Origin: Pseudomonadota bacterium
Lineage (GTDB): Bacteria > Myxococcota_A > Polyangia > Polyangiales > Polyangiaceae
DNA length: 59,510 bases
Direction of reading: 5' to 3'
Assembly (NCBI GenBank): GCA_003242355.2
Contig: QGUH02000001.1
Location: forward strand, 1-59,510
Shown: in pieces, positions 18,781-28,731 of the stretch
Numbering within the stretch: the first letter of the stretch is position 1
How the letters are laid out: each line of letters opens with the position of its first letter
Notes under the pieces: generated by a model
The model's database searches: none
What the model was told of the DNA's origin: nothing
What the model saw: only the letters and a program-made list of their open reading frames with translations
Position numbers and translations under genes: made by a program

Positions 18781-19971
18781 TCACGCGTTCCGCGCGCCGT
18801 CTTGGTGCAGCTCCGGGAAGGCGGGCCCCGGATGGCCGAACAAGAAGCCCTGCAACAAATCGCAGCCCAATTCGACGAGCGTGTCCCGCTCGGGCTCGGT
18901 CTCCACGCCTTCGGCCACCGTGAGCAACCCCATGTCCTTGCAGAGGTTCGTCATCGACGCGACGAGCTTCTGCTTGACGGGATGCCGATCGACGTCGCGC
19001 ACGAGCGTCATGTCGAGCTTGACGATGTCCGGCTCGAGCAGCGCGAAGCTCGACAGCCCTGCATAGCCCGCGCCGAGGTCGTCGACCGCGATTCGGAATC
19101 CGAGCTCGCGTAGATGGCCCACCTTCGCGCGTACGTTGTCGAGCGTCTGGAGCGCCGCCCGCTCGGTGATCTCGAGCACCACGCGCTCGGCCACCGCCGC
19201 GAGCGCCGAGTCCGGCGCTGCAATCTCCGGATCCACGAGATCCAGAGGATGCAGGTTGACGAACAACACCGGCTCCCCCGACGAGCGCGACAGAGGAAGG
19301 GCCGCCATGCTGCGCACGACCCGACCGAGGCGCCCGAGCTGCCCCAGGCGTTCGGCCGCCGAAAGCACGGGCAGCGGGCCGCGGAGAGCCGGCTCCTCGC
19401 TGCGCAGCAACGCCTCGTACCCGAACACGCTCCGATCCGACGCGCGGACGATCGGCTGGAACGCCACCCACAGCGAAGCGAGCGCCCGCTCGAAGCACGC
19501 CTCGAGCCCGGCGCGATCCGACGCGCCTTCGGGAAGGCCGATGGCGGCGAGCGCTTCACGCTTTGCCCGGGCGACGCGATACACGTGCACCGCTTGATCG
19601 ACCGTCTTCTGGACGATCTGCGGATCGACCGGCTTGACGATGTACTTGAACGCGCCGTACTCGACGGCCTCGGCGGCACTCTCGATCGCAGGCAGCCCCG
19701 TCATGAGGACGACGGGCAAATCGGGCTCGTGACCGCGAATCGCGCGCAAGAGCTCCATTCCCGTCATCCCCGGCATGGTGATGTCGCTGACGACGACTTG
19801 GATGCCGCCTTCCTTCACGCGCTCGACCGCGGCGATGGCGGAGGAACAGGTTTCGACCCTGTACTTTCGCTCTGCCAAATAACGAGCAAGCGACCGCACG
19901 CACGTCACGTCGTCATCGACGATGAGCACCGTGTTGGGCTCGACGGAGGCGGGCGGGAACTCACTGGTCAT
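18781..19971 (-). CDS. Response regulator with EAL c-di-GMP phosphodiesterase domain
   Basis: REC domain (IVDDD, VSDITMP) plus intact EAL motifs: YEALLR, EITE, DDLGAGY, KLD, AEGVE, QG. Confidence 0.95.
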   Translation of the reverse strand: MTSEFPPASVEPNTVLIVDDDVTCVRSLARYLAERKYRVETCSSAIAAVERVKEGGIQVVVSDITMPGMTGMELLRAIRGHEPDLPVVLMTGLPAIESAAEAVEYGAFKYIVKPVDPQIVQKTVDQAVHVYRVARAKREALAAIGLPEGASDRAGLEACFERALASLWVAFQPIVRASDRSVFGYEALLRSEEPALRGPLPVLSAAERLGQLGRLGRVVRSMAALPLSRSSGEPVLFVNLHPLDLVDPEIAAPDSALAAVAERVVLEITERAALQTLDNVRAKVGHLRELGFRIAVDDLGAGYAGLSSFALLEPDIVKLDMTLVRDVDRHPVKQKLVASMTNLCKDMGLLTVAEGVETEPERDTLVELGCDLLQGFLFGHPGPAFPELHQDGARNA

Positions 19972-20126
19972 GCAGGCCCCCTGGGAGCTGGCCCAAGCGT
20001 CAGGCTAGCCGAGTCAAAGCACCAAACCAACTTCCCCGGCATCCTGGCCTTTCGAACCAACCGTTCGGCCGACCCGTCCACCGACATCGAACGTCGGTGC
20101 CCCAAACCCGTGGTAAGCCACGGGCG

Positions 20127-20801
20127 ATGTCGACGGACGATACCGCGACGGCCCTCGAGGCCTTTCTTCGAGAAAATCCCGCGGTCAGCGCTCTGCTCGA
20201 CCGCGGCCGTTCCCTCACGGGAGGGCCACAATCCCCAGCCTTTCGCGCCCTGTTCGCGAGCGCGGCTCGCCGCCTCGCCTCCCAGCCGTTTCCCAGCGGC
20301 CCGGTGCCCTCCGCGCTCGCTGCCGCTTTTCGCCCGCATCTGTCCCTCGTAGACCTCACCCGCGCGGCGCTCCTCGAGCGCGCGCTTCCGACCTTGTCCG
20401 AGCCGGAGCGGGCGGAGGCCGTGCTCGACCTGTTCGAGCGCGGCGAAATCGGGGAGCAAGAGAGCATTCTCCGGACGCTCGAGTTTCTTCCGCGTCCTTC
20501 TGACTACGTGGAGGTGGCGAAGGCGGGCTGCCGTACCAACGCGCGCAGCGTCTTCGAAGCCATCGCGTGCGACAATCCGTTCCCGGCGCGGCGATTCAGC
20601 GAGCCGAGCTTCAACCAAATGGTGCTGAAGGCCGTCTTTCTCGGCGTTCCTCTGTCGCGCATCGAAGGCCTTCCGGACCGCCGCACCCCCGAGCTCGTGC
20701 GCATGGCGCTCGACTATGCGAGTGAACGCCGCGCCGCAGGCCGCCCCGTCCCCCAAGACATCGACCTCATCGTTCAGGCGGGCTCACCGTCGGGAGCATG
20801 A
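20127..20801 (+). CDS. eboA: EboA family protein
   Basis: GCRTN...FEAIACDNPFP...FNQMVLKAVF...DYASERRAAGRPVP, plus gene context. Confidence 0.88.
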   Translation: MSTDDTATALEAFLRENPAVSALLDRGRSLTGGPQSPAFRALFASAARRLASQPFPSGPVPSALAAAFRPHLSLVDLTRAALLERALPTLSEPERAEAVLDLFERGEIGEQESILRTLEFLPRPSDYVEVAKAGCRTNARSVFEAIACDNPFPARRFSEPSFNQMVLKAVFLGVPLSRIEGLPDRRTPELVRMALDYASERRAAGRPVPQDIDLIVQAGSPSGA

Positions 20802-21688
20802 TCATGAAGTTCTTCGATCCGCACATCCACATGACGTCGCGCACGACGGACGACTATGCCGCGATGGCGGCGGCCGGCATCGCGGCCGTCGTCGAGCCGG
20901 CGTTCTGGGTGGGCCAGCCGCGAACGCACGTCGGGACGTTCGAGGATTACTTCCTCTCGCTGATTGGTTGGGAGCGCTTCCGGGCGAGCCAGTTCGGGAT
21001 TCGCCACTTCGCGACGATGGGGCTCAATCCGAAAGAAGCGAACAACGAGCGCATCGCCCCCGGCGTGCTCGAGCTCTTGCCGCTCTATCTCGAGAAGGAA
21101 GGCGTCGTCGCGGTCGGGGAAATCGGCTTCGACGAGATCACGCCGGCCGAGGAACGGTGCTTCGCGGCGCAGATAGAGCTCGCGAAGGACGCCGACCTGC
21201 CGATTCTGATCCACACGCCTCACCGCGACAAAAAGCTCGGCACGGAGCGCACGCTGGCGCTCGTGCGCGATCACGGATTCCCGCCCGAGCGCACGCTCGT
21301 CGATCACAACACCGAGGAGACGTTGAAGAGCGTGCTCGACTCGGGCTGTTGGGCGGGGCACTCGATTTATCCGGAGACCAAGATGGACGAACGGCGCATG
21401 GTCGAGCTCGTGCGCCGCTACGGAACGGAGCGCATGCTCGTCAACTCCGCAGCGGATTGGGGCATGAGCGATCCGCTGAAGGTGGTCAAAACGGCCGCAG
21501 CGCTCCGGGATGCGGGGTTCGCCGACGACGTCGTGGAGACGATCCTGTGGCGCAATCCGATCGCCTTCTTCGCGCAGAGCCGTCGGCTCGACCCGGCCGA
21601 GCTCGAACGACCGCTCGGCGTCGATCAGACCCGCCTCTTCCAAGGGAACTCGGTCTTGCGTGGCCAAACGCCGCGCACCGAACGTTGA
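20798..21688 (+). CDS. eboB: TatD-family metallohydrolase EboB
   Basis: DPHIHMTSRTTDDY, GEIG, IHTPH, DHN and NSAADWG motifs; ATGA overlap with eboA. Confidence 0.9.
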   Translation: MIMKFFDPHIHMTSRTTDDYAAMAAAGIAAVVEPAFWVGQPRTHVGTFEDYFLSLIGWERFRASQFGIRHFATMGLNPKEANNERIAPGVLELLPLYLEKEGVVAVGEIGFDEITPAEERCFAAQIELAKDADLPILIHTPHRDKKLGTERTLALVRDHGFPPERTLVDHNTEETLKSVLDSGCWAGHSIYPETKMDERRMVELVRRYGTERMLVNSAADWGMSDPLKVVKTAAALRDAGFADDVVETILWRNPIAFFAQSRRLDPAELERPLGVDQTRLFQGNSVLRGQTPRTER

Positions 21689-21695
21689 CCGCCCC

Positions 21696-23072
21696 GTGCA
21701 CCCGACCCTCGTCCTCGACGTCGTCGGGTTGACCCCGAGCCTCATCGGTGTCGACACGCCGCACCTCGCGCGGTTTCGCGACCGAGGGGCCGCGCGCCCA
21801 CTCGAACCGATTCTTCCTGCCGTCACCTGCTCGGTGCAGTCCACCTTCGTCACGGGCCGCCTGCCGCGCGAGCACGGCATCGTGGGCAACGGCTGGTACT
21901 TCCGCGATCTCGCGCAGGTGTGGCTGTGGCGACAGTCCAATCACCTGGTCTCGGGCGACAAGGTCTGGGACGAAGGCAAGCGCAGAAATCCGGCGTTTTC
22001 CTGCGCGAAGCTCTTCTTCTGGTACAACATGTACGCGAGCGTCGACATTTCGGTGACGCCGCGCCCGATGTACACGGCCGACGGTCGGAAGATCCCCGAC
22101 GTGTACACGGAGCCGCCCGAGCTCCGTCGAAGGCTCACCGAAAGCCTCGGGCCGTTCCCACTCTTTCGGTTCTGGGGGCCCGCCGCGGACATCGCCTCGA
22201 CGCGCTGGATCGCCGGATCCGCCGAGCACGTGCTCGACGAGCACTCGCCCACGCTGACGCTCGTCTACCTGCCGCACCTCGACTACGACCTGCAGCGTTT
22301 CGGGCCCACCGATCCGCGCGCGCGCAAGGCAGTCCGCGAGGTGGACGCCGTCGTCGGCGAGCTGCTCGACCATGCGGAGCGTCGCGGGCTGCGCGTCGTG
22401 ATCCTCTCGGAGTACGGGATCACGCCCGTGTCGCGCCCGGTGCACGTCAACCGCGCGCTGCGCGAGGCGGGGCTCTTGCGCGTGCGCGAGGAGCTCGGCC
22501 GCGAGCAACTCGACGCGGGCGCGAGCGCGGCGTTCGCCGTCGCCGATCACCAGGTCGCGCACGTGTACGTGAAGGATCGGTCCCGAATCCCGGGCGTGCG
22601 CCGGCTCTGCGAAAGCCTTCCGGGGGTGGATCGGGTGCTCGGCGACGACGAAAAGCCGAGCTTCGGGCTCGATCACCCGCGCGCCGGCGAGCTCGTGCTC
22701 GTGGCGGAGCCCGACGCCTGGTTCACGTACTACTTCTGGCTCGACGATGCGCGCGCGCCCGACTATGCGCGCACCGTCGATATTCACGCGAAGCCCGGCT
22801 ACGACCCCGTCGAGCTCTTCGTGGATCCGAAGCTCCGCTGGCCACGCCTCGCGACTCTGACCAAGGTCACCGCGCGCAAGCTCGGCTTTCGCACGCTGCT
22901 CGACGTCGTTCCCTTGGACGCGACCTTGGTGCGCGGCTCGCACGGACGGCTGCCGGATTCACCGGAGGATGGACCGGTGTTCTTGAGCTCGGTCCCGCAC
23001 CTCGTTCCCGAGGGCCCCGTGCATGCCACTCGGGTTCGCGAGCTGCTCCTCCGTCACGTCTTCGAGAGCTGA
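21696..23072 (+). CDS. eboF: Alkaline phosphatase / nucleotide pyrophosphatase family protein EboF
   Basis: LDVVGL, PAVTCSVQ, HGIVGNGW, PHLDY, DHQVAH, DIHAKPGYDP and GSHG motifs. Confidence 0.9.
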   Translation: MHPTLVLDVVGLTPSLIGVDTPHLARFRDRGAARPLEPILPAVTCSVQSTFVTGRLPREHGIVGNGWYFRDLAQVWLWRQSNHLVSGDKVWDEGKRRNPAFSCAKLFFWYNMYASVDISVTPRPMYTADGRKIPDVYTEPPELRRRLTESLGPFPLFRFWGPAADIASTRWIAGSAEHVLDEHSPTLTLVYLPHLDYDLQRFGPTDPRARKAVREVDAVVGELLDHAERRGLRVVILSEYGITPVSRPVHVNRALREAGLLRVREELGREQLDAGASAAFAVADHQVAHVYVKDRSRIPGVRRLCESLPGVDRVLGDDEKPSFGLDHPRAGELVLVAEPDAWFTYYFWLDDARAPDYARTVDIHAKPGYDPVELFVDPKLRWPRLATLTKVTARKLGFRTLLDVVPLDATLVRGSHGRLPDSPEDGPVFLSSVPHLVPEGPVHATRVRELLLRHVFES

Positions 23073-23217
23073 CGTTCGAGCTCCTCTCCGTCGGAGCGCG
23101 TGGACGCGGCGAGGCTCGTTTCGGAGCGCGTTCTCCCGGCCGAAAGCGATCGGCGAGGGCTCTCGTCGTCCCACCACCGTCTTCCCGTGTTTCGGCGGCC
23201 TCCACGGGCTCGTCGCT

Positions 23218-24102
23218 CTACGTTCCGAGGACGCGCCGCTGTGCGAGGAGCGTGAGCGCGAATGCCGCGACGGCGAACAGCGCCGGCGTGACGGCGCCGA
23301 AGGCCGCGAGGAAGGTCGCGTCGACCAGCGAGATGCCCGCGATCAGGGCGCCCACGGCCGAGCGAATTCCGGAAGCTCCGCCGCGCAGCGCGACGAGGAG
23401 CGCGCGCCCCGCCCACGCGAGCGCGATCGCCAAAAGCCCGATCGCGAACGGCGACTGCGCTCCGCGTTCGACGAACGTCACCAGCGCCACCGCAGCCGGA
23501 GCGAGCACGAACGCCGTCGGCCAGATCCGTCCGAGGGCGGAGCCGTTTTCGAAGCGCGCCGCGTGCGTGAGCCCGACGACGTAGGCGAGCAGCGCGGCCG
23601 CACACACGAGCAGCCTCGGCGTGAGCGCGGGCGCGACGGCGAGCGCGCCGATCGCGTACAACCCGGCTCTACAAGCGCCCATGATCACCGGCGACAACGG
23701 CTGCCCCTTGTGCCAGCGGTCGTACACCACGATCGCGACGACGACGAAGAGCCCGGCCACGACGAGCCCGCCCCGCGAAGGCGGAGCCCCGAGCGCCCAG
23801 TACGCGACCAGCACTCCGAGCCCGACGGCGAGCGCGCCGAAGCCCAACGCAAACACGGCTCCGCGCCGCGCACGGCCCGACGGAATGGGTCGCTCGGGTC
23901 GCTCGCGAGCATCGACGTCGGCGTCGAACGCGTCGTTCAAGAACATGCCCCCGACGTAGAAAGCCGAAGCCACGAAGGCGAGCACGGCGAAGGTCCCGAT
24001 TCCCAGCGCGCCGCCGCCGACGATGGCGCCGGCGAGCACGTTCGACCAAACCGTCGGGAGATTCGAGACGCGGCCGAGCTCGAGAAGCGTTCCGACCTTC
24101 AC
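23218..24102 (-). CDS. eboC: UbiA-family prenyltransferase EboC
   Basis: RVSNLPT, Asp-rich NDAFDADVDARERPERPIPSG, YDRWHK, MGACR; multiple TM helices. Confidence 0.9.
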   Translation of the reverse strand: MKVGTLLELGRVSNLPTVWSNVLAGAIVGGGALGIGTFAVLAFVASAFYVGGMFLNDAFDADVDARERPERPIPSGRARRGAVFALGFGALAVGLGVLVAYWALGAPPSRGGLVVAGLFVVVAIVVYDRWHKGQPLSPVIMGACRAGLYAIGALAVAPALTPRLLVCAAALLAYVVGLTHAARFENGSALGRIWPTAFVLAPAAVALVTFVERGAQSPFAIGLLAIALAWAGRALLVALRGGASGIRSAVGALIAGISLVDATFLAAFGAVTPALFAVAAFALTLLAQRRVLGT

Positions 24103-25307
24103 GGCTCTCCGCGCGCGTCGAGAACGCCTTTCGTCCAGGCGAGCTCCCGTGCCACGGCCTCGTCCAGCGCCACCTGCCGATGCTGCGGCGGCAGAAGCCC
24201 GAACGTGTAGGTCTCGACCTCGAGGTGTGCTGGGCCGAGCTCGCCTTCGCGCAGGAGCCGTTCGAGCTCGTGCCGGGTCGTGGTGAACGGCGGAAGCGTT
24301 GCCGCGAACACCGGCACGTGGAAGTGAACGCGGAGCTCGGCTCCCTCGCCGAATGCTCCCGCGGCCGCGAGCGCCTCCGGCAGATCGACGAACCTTCGGA
24401 GCTCTGCGCCGGACCGACAACGCACGACGGCTTGGTGCAGGTACACGTCGTCGGCGAACGCCGCGAGGGCCCGGAGCGCCTCGGGATTCGCCGGCGCGCA
24501 CAGCCCGGCGCTCACCTGAATCTTCGGCACCGAAATGCCGGCACGGCGCAGGGCGGTCAGCGCATCGACGGGATGCTCGAACTCGACCGACGCGTGACAC
24601 GCGTCGAGGCACACGCCGAGGTGACGCCGGAGCGCGCCTTCGGCGCGCGACGGATCGACGCGCGTCGCCGTCGCGAAGTGGTCGAGCGCCGCGCCGCGAA
24701 AGACGTGCTCCTCGAAGAACCGAATCGCCTCGTCGCTCGTCTCGAGCAAGCACGCCGGCTCCGGCTCGAGCGCGAGCGCAATCCGAACGTCGCGCTCCCG
24801 CTCCAGGCGCTCGAGCTCGGCGGCGACACGCGCGAGGTGATGAGCCGCCAACCGGACACGGCTCGGGTCGAGTGCCCGCTCTCGAAAGCACACCGGCACG
24901 GTGCTGATGCTCCCGTCCATGCCTGCGGGCAAAAGCTCGGCGAGCACGCGCACGAGCGCGAGCGTGTAGTCGACTCGCTCCGTCTCGCTCCAGTCGGGGC
25001 GATACACGGCCTCCTTGATGCGCGTGCCGTGAAACGAGCCGTGCGGGAAGCCGTTCAGCGTGAAGACGTACAGACCCAGCTCCGCGAGCAGCGCCCGCGT
25101 CGCGGCGAGCCGTCCCGCGCTCTCGAGCTCGCGTACCGCGCGAGCACCGAGCCTGAGCCCGACGCCGAAGGGGGCCTCGGGCGAGAAGCGGCTCTTGATC
25201 GCCGCAATCTCGCGCCCGAACAGAGCCTGCACCTCTTCCCAGCTCTCGGCGGCGTGCACGTTGGTGCAATACGTGAGGTGTCGCGCCGTGGATGCCGAAA
25301 CGAGCAT
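24099..25307 (-). CDS. eboE: Xylose isomerase-like TIM barrel EboE
   Basis: YCTNVH, TLNGFP, KEAVYRPDW, LEPEP, DACH, YLHQ, RVHFHVP and EVETYT motifs. Confidence 0.92.
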   Translation of the reverse strand: MLVSASTARHLTYCTNVHAAESWEEVQALFGREIAAIKSRFSPEAPFGVGLRLGARAVRELESAGRLAATRALLAELGLYVFTLNGFPHGSFHGTRIKEAVYRPDWSETERVDYTLALVRVLAELLPAGMDGSISTVPVCFRERALDPSRVRLAAHHLARVAAELERLERERDVRIALALEPEPACLLETSDEAIRFFEEHVFRGAALDHFATATRVDPSRAEGALRRHLGVCLDACHASVEFEHPVDALTALRRAGISVPKIQVSAGLCAPANPEALRALAAFADDVYLHQAVVRCRSGAELRRFVDLPEALAAAGAFGEGAELRVHFHVPVFAATLPPFTTTRHELERLLREGELGPAHLEVETYTFGLLPPQHRQVALDEAVARELAWTKGVLDARGEP

Positions 25308-26491
25308 CAGCGGTGCGCCTCCTCGGCGAGCCAGGCGATACAGTCCTCGAGGATGCGCTCGTCGAGCGCGTTCGCTTCGAAGGGGCGACCGATGCCGCGC
25401 AGCAACGTCACCGACAGCGCGCCGCCCAGGTGCTCGCGGAACTCGTCGAGCCCGGCGAGCACGGACAGGCGGCCCCCCACGCGCTCCGAGAGCGCCGGAT
25501 GGTAGCGCGGCAAGCCGAGCGCGCCGAGCAGGCTCGAGAGGCGCGCAAGGTCCCGAGCCTCGAGATAGCCCGAGCGTTCGGCGTAGCGTGCGTCGAGCAA
25601 CATGCCGATGGCGACGGCTTCGCCGTGCCGCAGCTCGTGTCCGCTCGCGATTTCCAGCCGATGCGCCGACCAGTGGCCGTAATCGAGCGGGCGCGCGCTG
25701 CCGAGCTCGAAGGGATCCCCGGCGTTGGCGATGTGCTCGAGGTGCAGCAGCGCGGCGCGGCGCACGAGCGAAAGGAGCGGCTCCGGACGGGCTTCGGCGA
25801 GCGCCGTCGCGTTCTCGGACAGCCACTCGAAAAACGCGGCGTCACGGATCAGCGCGACCTTGACGGCTTCGGCCATGCCGGCGCGGGCCTCCCGTAACGG
25901 GAGCGTCGCGAGCAGCGTCCGATCGTTGACCACGGCGTACGGCGGCGCGAACGACCCCAGGAAGTTCTTCGACGAGAACGCGTTCACGCTCGTCTTCACG
26001 CCGACTCCCCCATCGCACTGGCTCAAAACGGTGGAGGGCATTCGAACCACGCGCAGGCCGCGGTGCACGCTCGACGCCGCGTACCCGACGGCATCGAGCA
26101 CGGCGCCGCCGCCGATCACGAGCACCACCGCCTGACGATCGAGGCGCGCCTTGGCAAAAGCCGCGTGCAACGCGCCGATGAGCGCCGGGTCGCCCTTCGC
26201 TGCCTCGCCTCCGGGCACCCGGATCGGGTCCGAGCGCAGCTCGAGCACGTCCGCGTGGCGCTCGGCGTAACGCCGCACGCGCTCGTCGAGGCCCGGAGTC
26301 GCCCGGAGCAAGCCCTCGTCGAGCACGGCACAGAACGGGTGCCGGCGCTCCGGCTCGCGCCGAGCGATGGCCCACGCAAGGGCCGAGCTTTCCGGCTCGA
26401 GCGCACCGCCCTCGAAAATTACGGGGTACTCGAACGGAACGCTGAAGCGCTGGAGGTGGAGATCACCGGGCCGGGGCCCTGAAAGCCGCAT
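25307..26491 (-). CDS. eboD: Sugar-phosphate cyclase (3-dehydroquinate synthase-like) EboD
   Basis: GGEAAK, GGGAVLD, PSTVLSQCDGGVGVK, AEAVK, DYGHWSAH and HGEAVAIG motifs. Confidence 0.9.
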   Translation of the reverse strand: MRLSGPRPGDLHLQRFSVPFEYPVIFEGGALEPESSALAWAIARREPERRHPFCAVLDEGLLRATPGLDERVRRYAERHADVLELRSDPIRVPGGEAAKGDPALIGALHAAFAKARLDRQAVVLVIGGGAVLDAVGYAASSVHRGLRVVRMPSTVLSQCDGGVGVKTSVNAFSSKNFLGSFAPPYAVVNDRTLLATLPLREARAGMAEAVKVALIRDAAFFEWLSENATALAEARPEPLLSLVRRAALLHLEHIANAGDPFELGSARPLDYGHWSAHRLEIASGHELRHGEAVAIGMLLDARYAERSGYLEARDLARLSSLLGALGLPRYHPALSERVGGRLSVLAGLDEFREHLGGALSVTLLRGIGRPFEANALDERILEDCIAWLAEEAHR

Positions 26492-26572
26492 TGCAACGAA
26501 GTCTAGTACATCGACGCCCACCGAGCCGGGCAGCTCGCTTGAAGGAACACACGCGAATGCTAACGGAAACGC

Positions 26573-26992
26573 ATGAACGACTCCGCCATGAACGCCTGGC
26601 TCGAAAATTTCATCGCGGAGCACGGCGGCATCGCGGGCACGGTTCACGTTCGTTCGGGGGATGCGCTCGCGATCGCCGCGTCCCGTAACGTTCCGGCGAA
26701 GGTCGTGGAGGTCACTCGAATCATCCCGAAGGGTAAAGGGATGGCGGGCCTCGCCTGGGAACGTGGCCGCCCCGTATCCAGTTGCAACATTCAAACCGAC
26801 GAATCGGGCGACGTGCGCCCCGGTGCACGCGCCGTCGATGCGCAGGCCGCGGTCGCGCTGCCGGTGCACGATACGGAAGGCAACCTGCGTGCGGTGGTCG
26901 GCATCGCGTTCGCCGAAGAACGCACGCTCGAAGATCGCGAGCTCGCCGAGCTCGGCTCGGCCGCCGCCGGTGTCATCGAGCTCATTCGATGA
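26573..26992 (+). CDS. Stand-alone GAF domain protein
   Basis: IPKGKGMAGLAW...AAVALPV...LRAVVGI GAF pattern. Confidence 0.85.
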   Translation: MNDSAMNAWLENFIAEHGGIAGTVHVRSGDALAIAASRNVPAKVVEVTRIIPKGKGMAGLAWERGRPVSSCNIQTDESGDVRPGARAVDAQAAVALPVHDTEGNLRAVVGIAFAEERTLEDRELAELGSAAAGVIELIR

Positions 26993-28505
26993 CGGTCTGG
27001 GTGGCGCAGCCGAGCTCGATCTGAACCGATCCGTCGTTCGCCGCCTGGAAGGTTCGGCAGCTCGACGGACACACGTTGATCCGCGACGGTTCTCCGACCG
27101 CGGGATCGACGTCGTAGTACCAGCCGCCGCTCGCGGGATCGCAGGCGTCCTCGTCGCGAACGCGCAACAAGCGCGTCGTCGTCCCGCCGGACGTGAAGTC
27201 GACGTTCACGTAGCCGTAGTCGAGCATCTTCCCGCTCGGCGGATCGGGAATCGTGAACTCGCAGCCGAGGCGCGCTCCCCGAATCGCGTTCAACGCATCC
27301 AGGAACTGCATGGTCACGTCCCGTGACGTGTCCACGATGAACGCGCGGTCCGTTCCGCCCGCATCGGCGATCCAGTCGAGCCCTACCGGCGCTCCCACCA
27401 AGATGTCGTAAGGACCGAAGACGCCGATCGCGAACGTGCGCACGCCCGCTCGGAGGCCCGCTTCGGCGACTTCGGCAACCTCGAGCACGGCTTGCTCGAG
27501 CGTGACGACGTCCTCCCCCACGCACTCGGTGGGAAACCCGTCGGTCGCGAGCACGACCGCCACTTCGTGCTCGGGATTCGCTTCCGCGAAAGCGACGGCG
27601 TGCTCGACCGCGCCCGCGAGCGCGGCACGCGTCGGCGTGTTTCCTTGGGGCATTCGGGCATCGAGCGCCTCGAGCAGCACCCCGCGCGCCGCCGGGAGCT
27701 CCCCGATCGGCACCTCGGGCGTCGCGTACGGAGGAAGCTCGCACGACGTCACCCCGAGACAACGCGTGATATCGGGAGGCGGCGGGAGGCAATCGCCAAG
27801 GCTCACGAGGTTGCCTCGTTCGTCTCGTGCGATGCACTCGTTGCCGAGGGAGCAGACGTATTGGTCGTCGTCTTCGCAAATTCCGAAGGCCACGCACGAT
27901 CCGGGCTCGGCGTCGGGACAATCCGCGTCTTGGACGCAAGGGACGGCAACGTCGACGATGTTCCAACACAGGCGGAGGAGGCACGGGGCGGCATCGCCGC
28001 AGTCCGCGTCGGACGAGCAACTCTCCGGCACGTTCTCCTTGAGTTGTGGGAAGAATTGCAGACCGACGCCCATCCCCGACGAACCGTCGTCACTCAAGAA
28101 CGCGCGCAGGGCGTCCTTCACGGCAGTCCACTTGTCGGCGCTGCCGACGCCGTCGTCGGTCGCCTCGAGCATCGAGCCGGAGGAGTCGAGCATCAGGTAG
28201 AGGTCGAGCGGGACGCGCATCGCCGTCGTCGTTTCGCCGGTGCACGTCTTCTCACCGCCGGTGCCCGTGCTTCCCGAGACGTTCACGACGGGTCCGGGCG
28301 GTGCTCCGCCCATCGCGCCGGGCACCGCCGTGCCGCCGGCGCCGCCGTTTCCGACGCCGGCTCCGCCGACGCCGGAGCCGCCCGAATCACTGGTGCCGCT
28401 GCCGACGATTGCGCCGCCCCCATCGTCGTCTTTGGAGCCGCATGCGGCGGCGCCCAACCACACCAGAGCTGCGACGAGGGCCCGCGCGCGTATCCGGCTC
28501 CGCAT
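26982..28505 (-). CDS. von Willebrand factor A domain lipoprotein with Cys-rich insertion
   Basis: Lipobox AAAC, Gly-rich linker, MIDAS DSSGS...TPT...ATDG, C-terminal GWYYD...CP..C. Confidence 0.88.
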   Translation of the reverse strand: MRSRIRARALVAALVWLGAAACGSKDDDGGGAIVGSGTSDSGGSGVGGAGVGNGGAGGTAVPGAMGGAPPGPVVNVSGSTGTGGEKTCTGETTTAMRVPLDLYLMLDSSGSMLEATDDGVGSADKWTAVKDALRAFLSDDGSSGMGVGLQFFPQLKENVPESCSSDADCGDAAPCLLRLCWNIVDVAVPCVQDADCPDAEPGSCVAFGICEDDDQYVCSLGNECIARDERGNLVSLGDCLPPPPDITRCLGVTSCELPPYATPEVPIGELPAARGVLLEALDARMPQGNTPTRAALAGAVEHAVAFAEANPEHEVAVVLATDGFPTECVGEDVVTLEQAVLEVAEVAEAGLRAGVRTFAIGVFGPYDILVGAPVGLDWIADAGGTDRAFIVDTSRDVTMQFLDALNAIRGARLGCEFTIPDPPSGKMLDYGYVNVDFTSGGTTTRLLRVRDEDACDPASGGWYYDVDPAVGEPSRINVCPSSCRTFQAANDGSVQIELGCATQTVIE

Positions 28506-28731
28506 GCCCAGAGTGAACCACCAAGCCCTCGCTCTTGGAAGAGCGGCCGGACCAACACCGCCAACCACCTGAAATCCAAATGTTTTCCGCCGCCGCGACG
28601 ACCTCCGCCGTCCCCGGCGGAGCCCAGTCGAAACACGACGCCTCGGGCCACCGCGGACCGACGTCGCCTCTCTTCACGGCCAAAGCGATCGCACGGCGGG
28701 CGCAGGAAACACGGCCGCGGCGCCACCGCGT

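Noticed and set aside
25307-26491. Housekeeping aroB
   Set aside because: Sequence features (GHWSAH) and context match the EboD subfamily; no aroK or other shikimate genes are nearby.
23218-26869. EboC/EboE/EboD fusions or frameshifts implied by the extended ORF-track calls
   Set aside because: Each gene has its own start overlapping the previous stop (GTGA, TGATG); the extensions are upstream open frame only.
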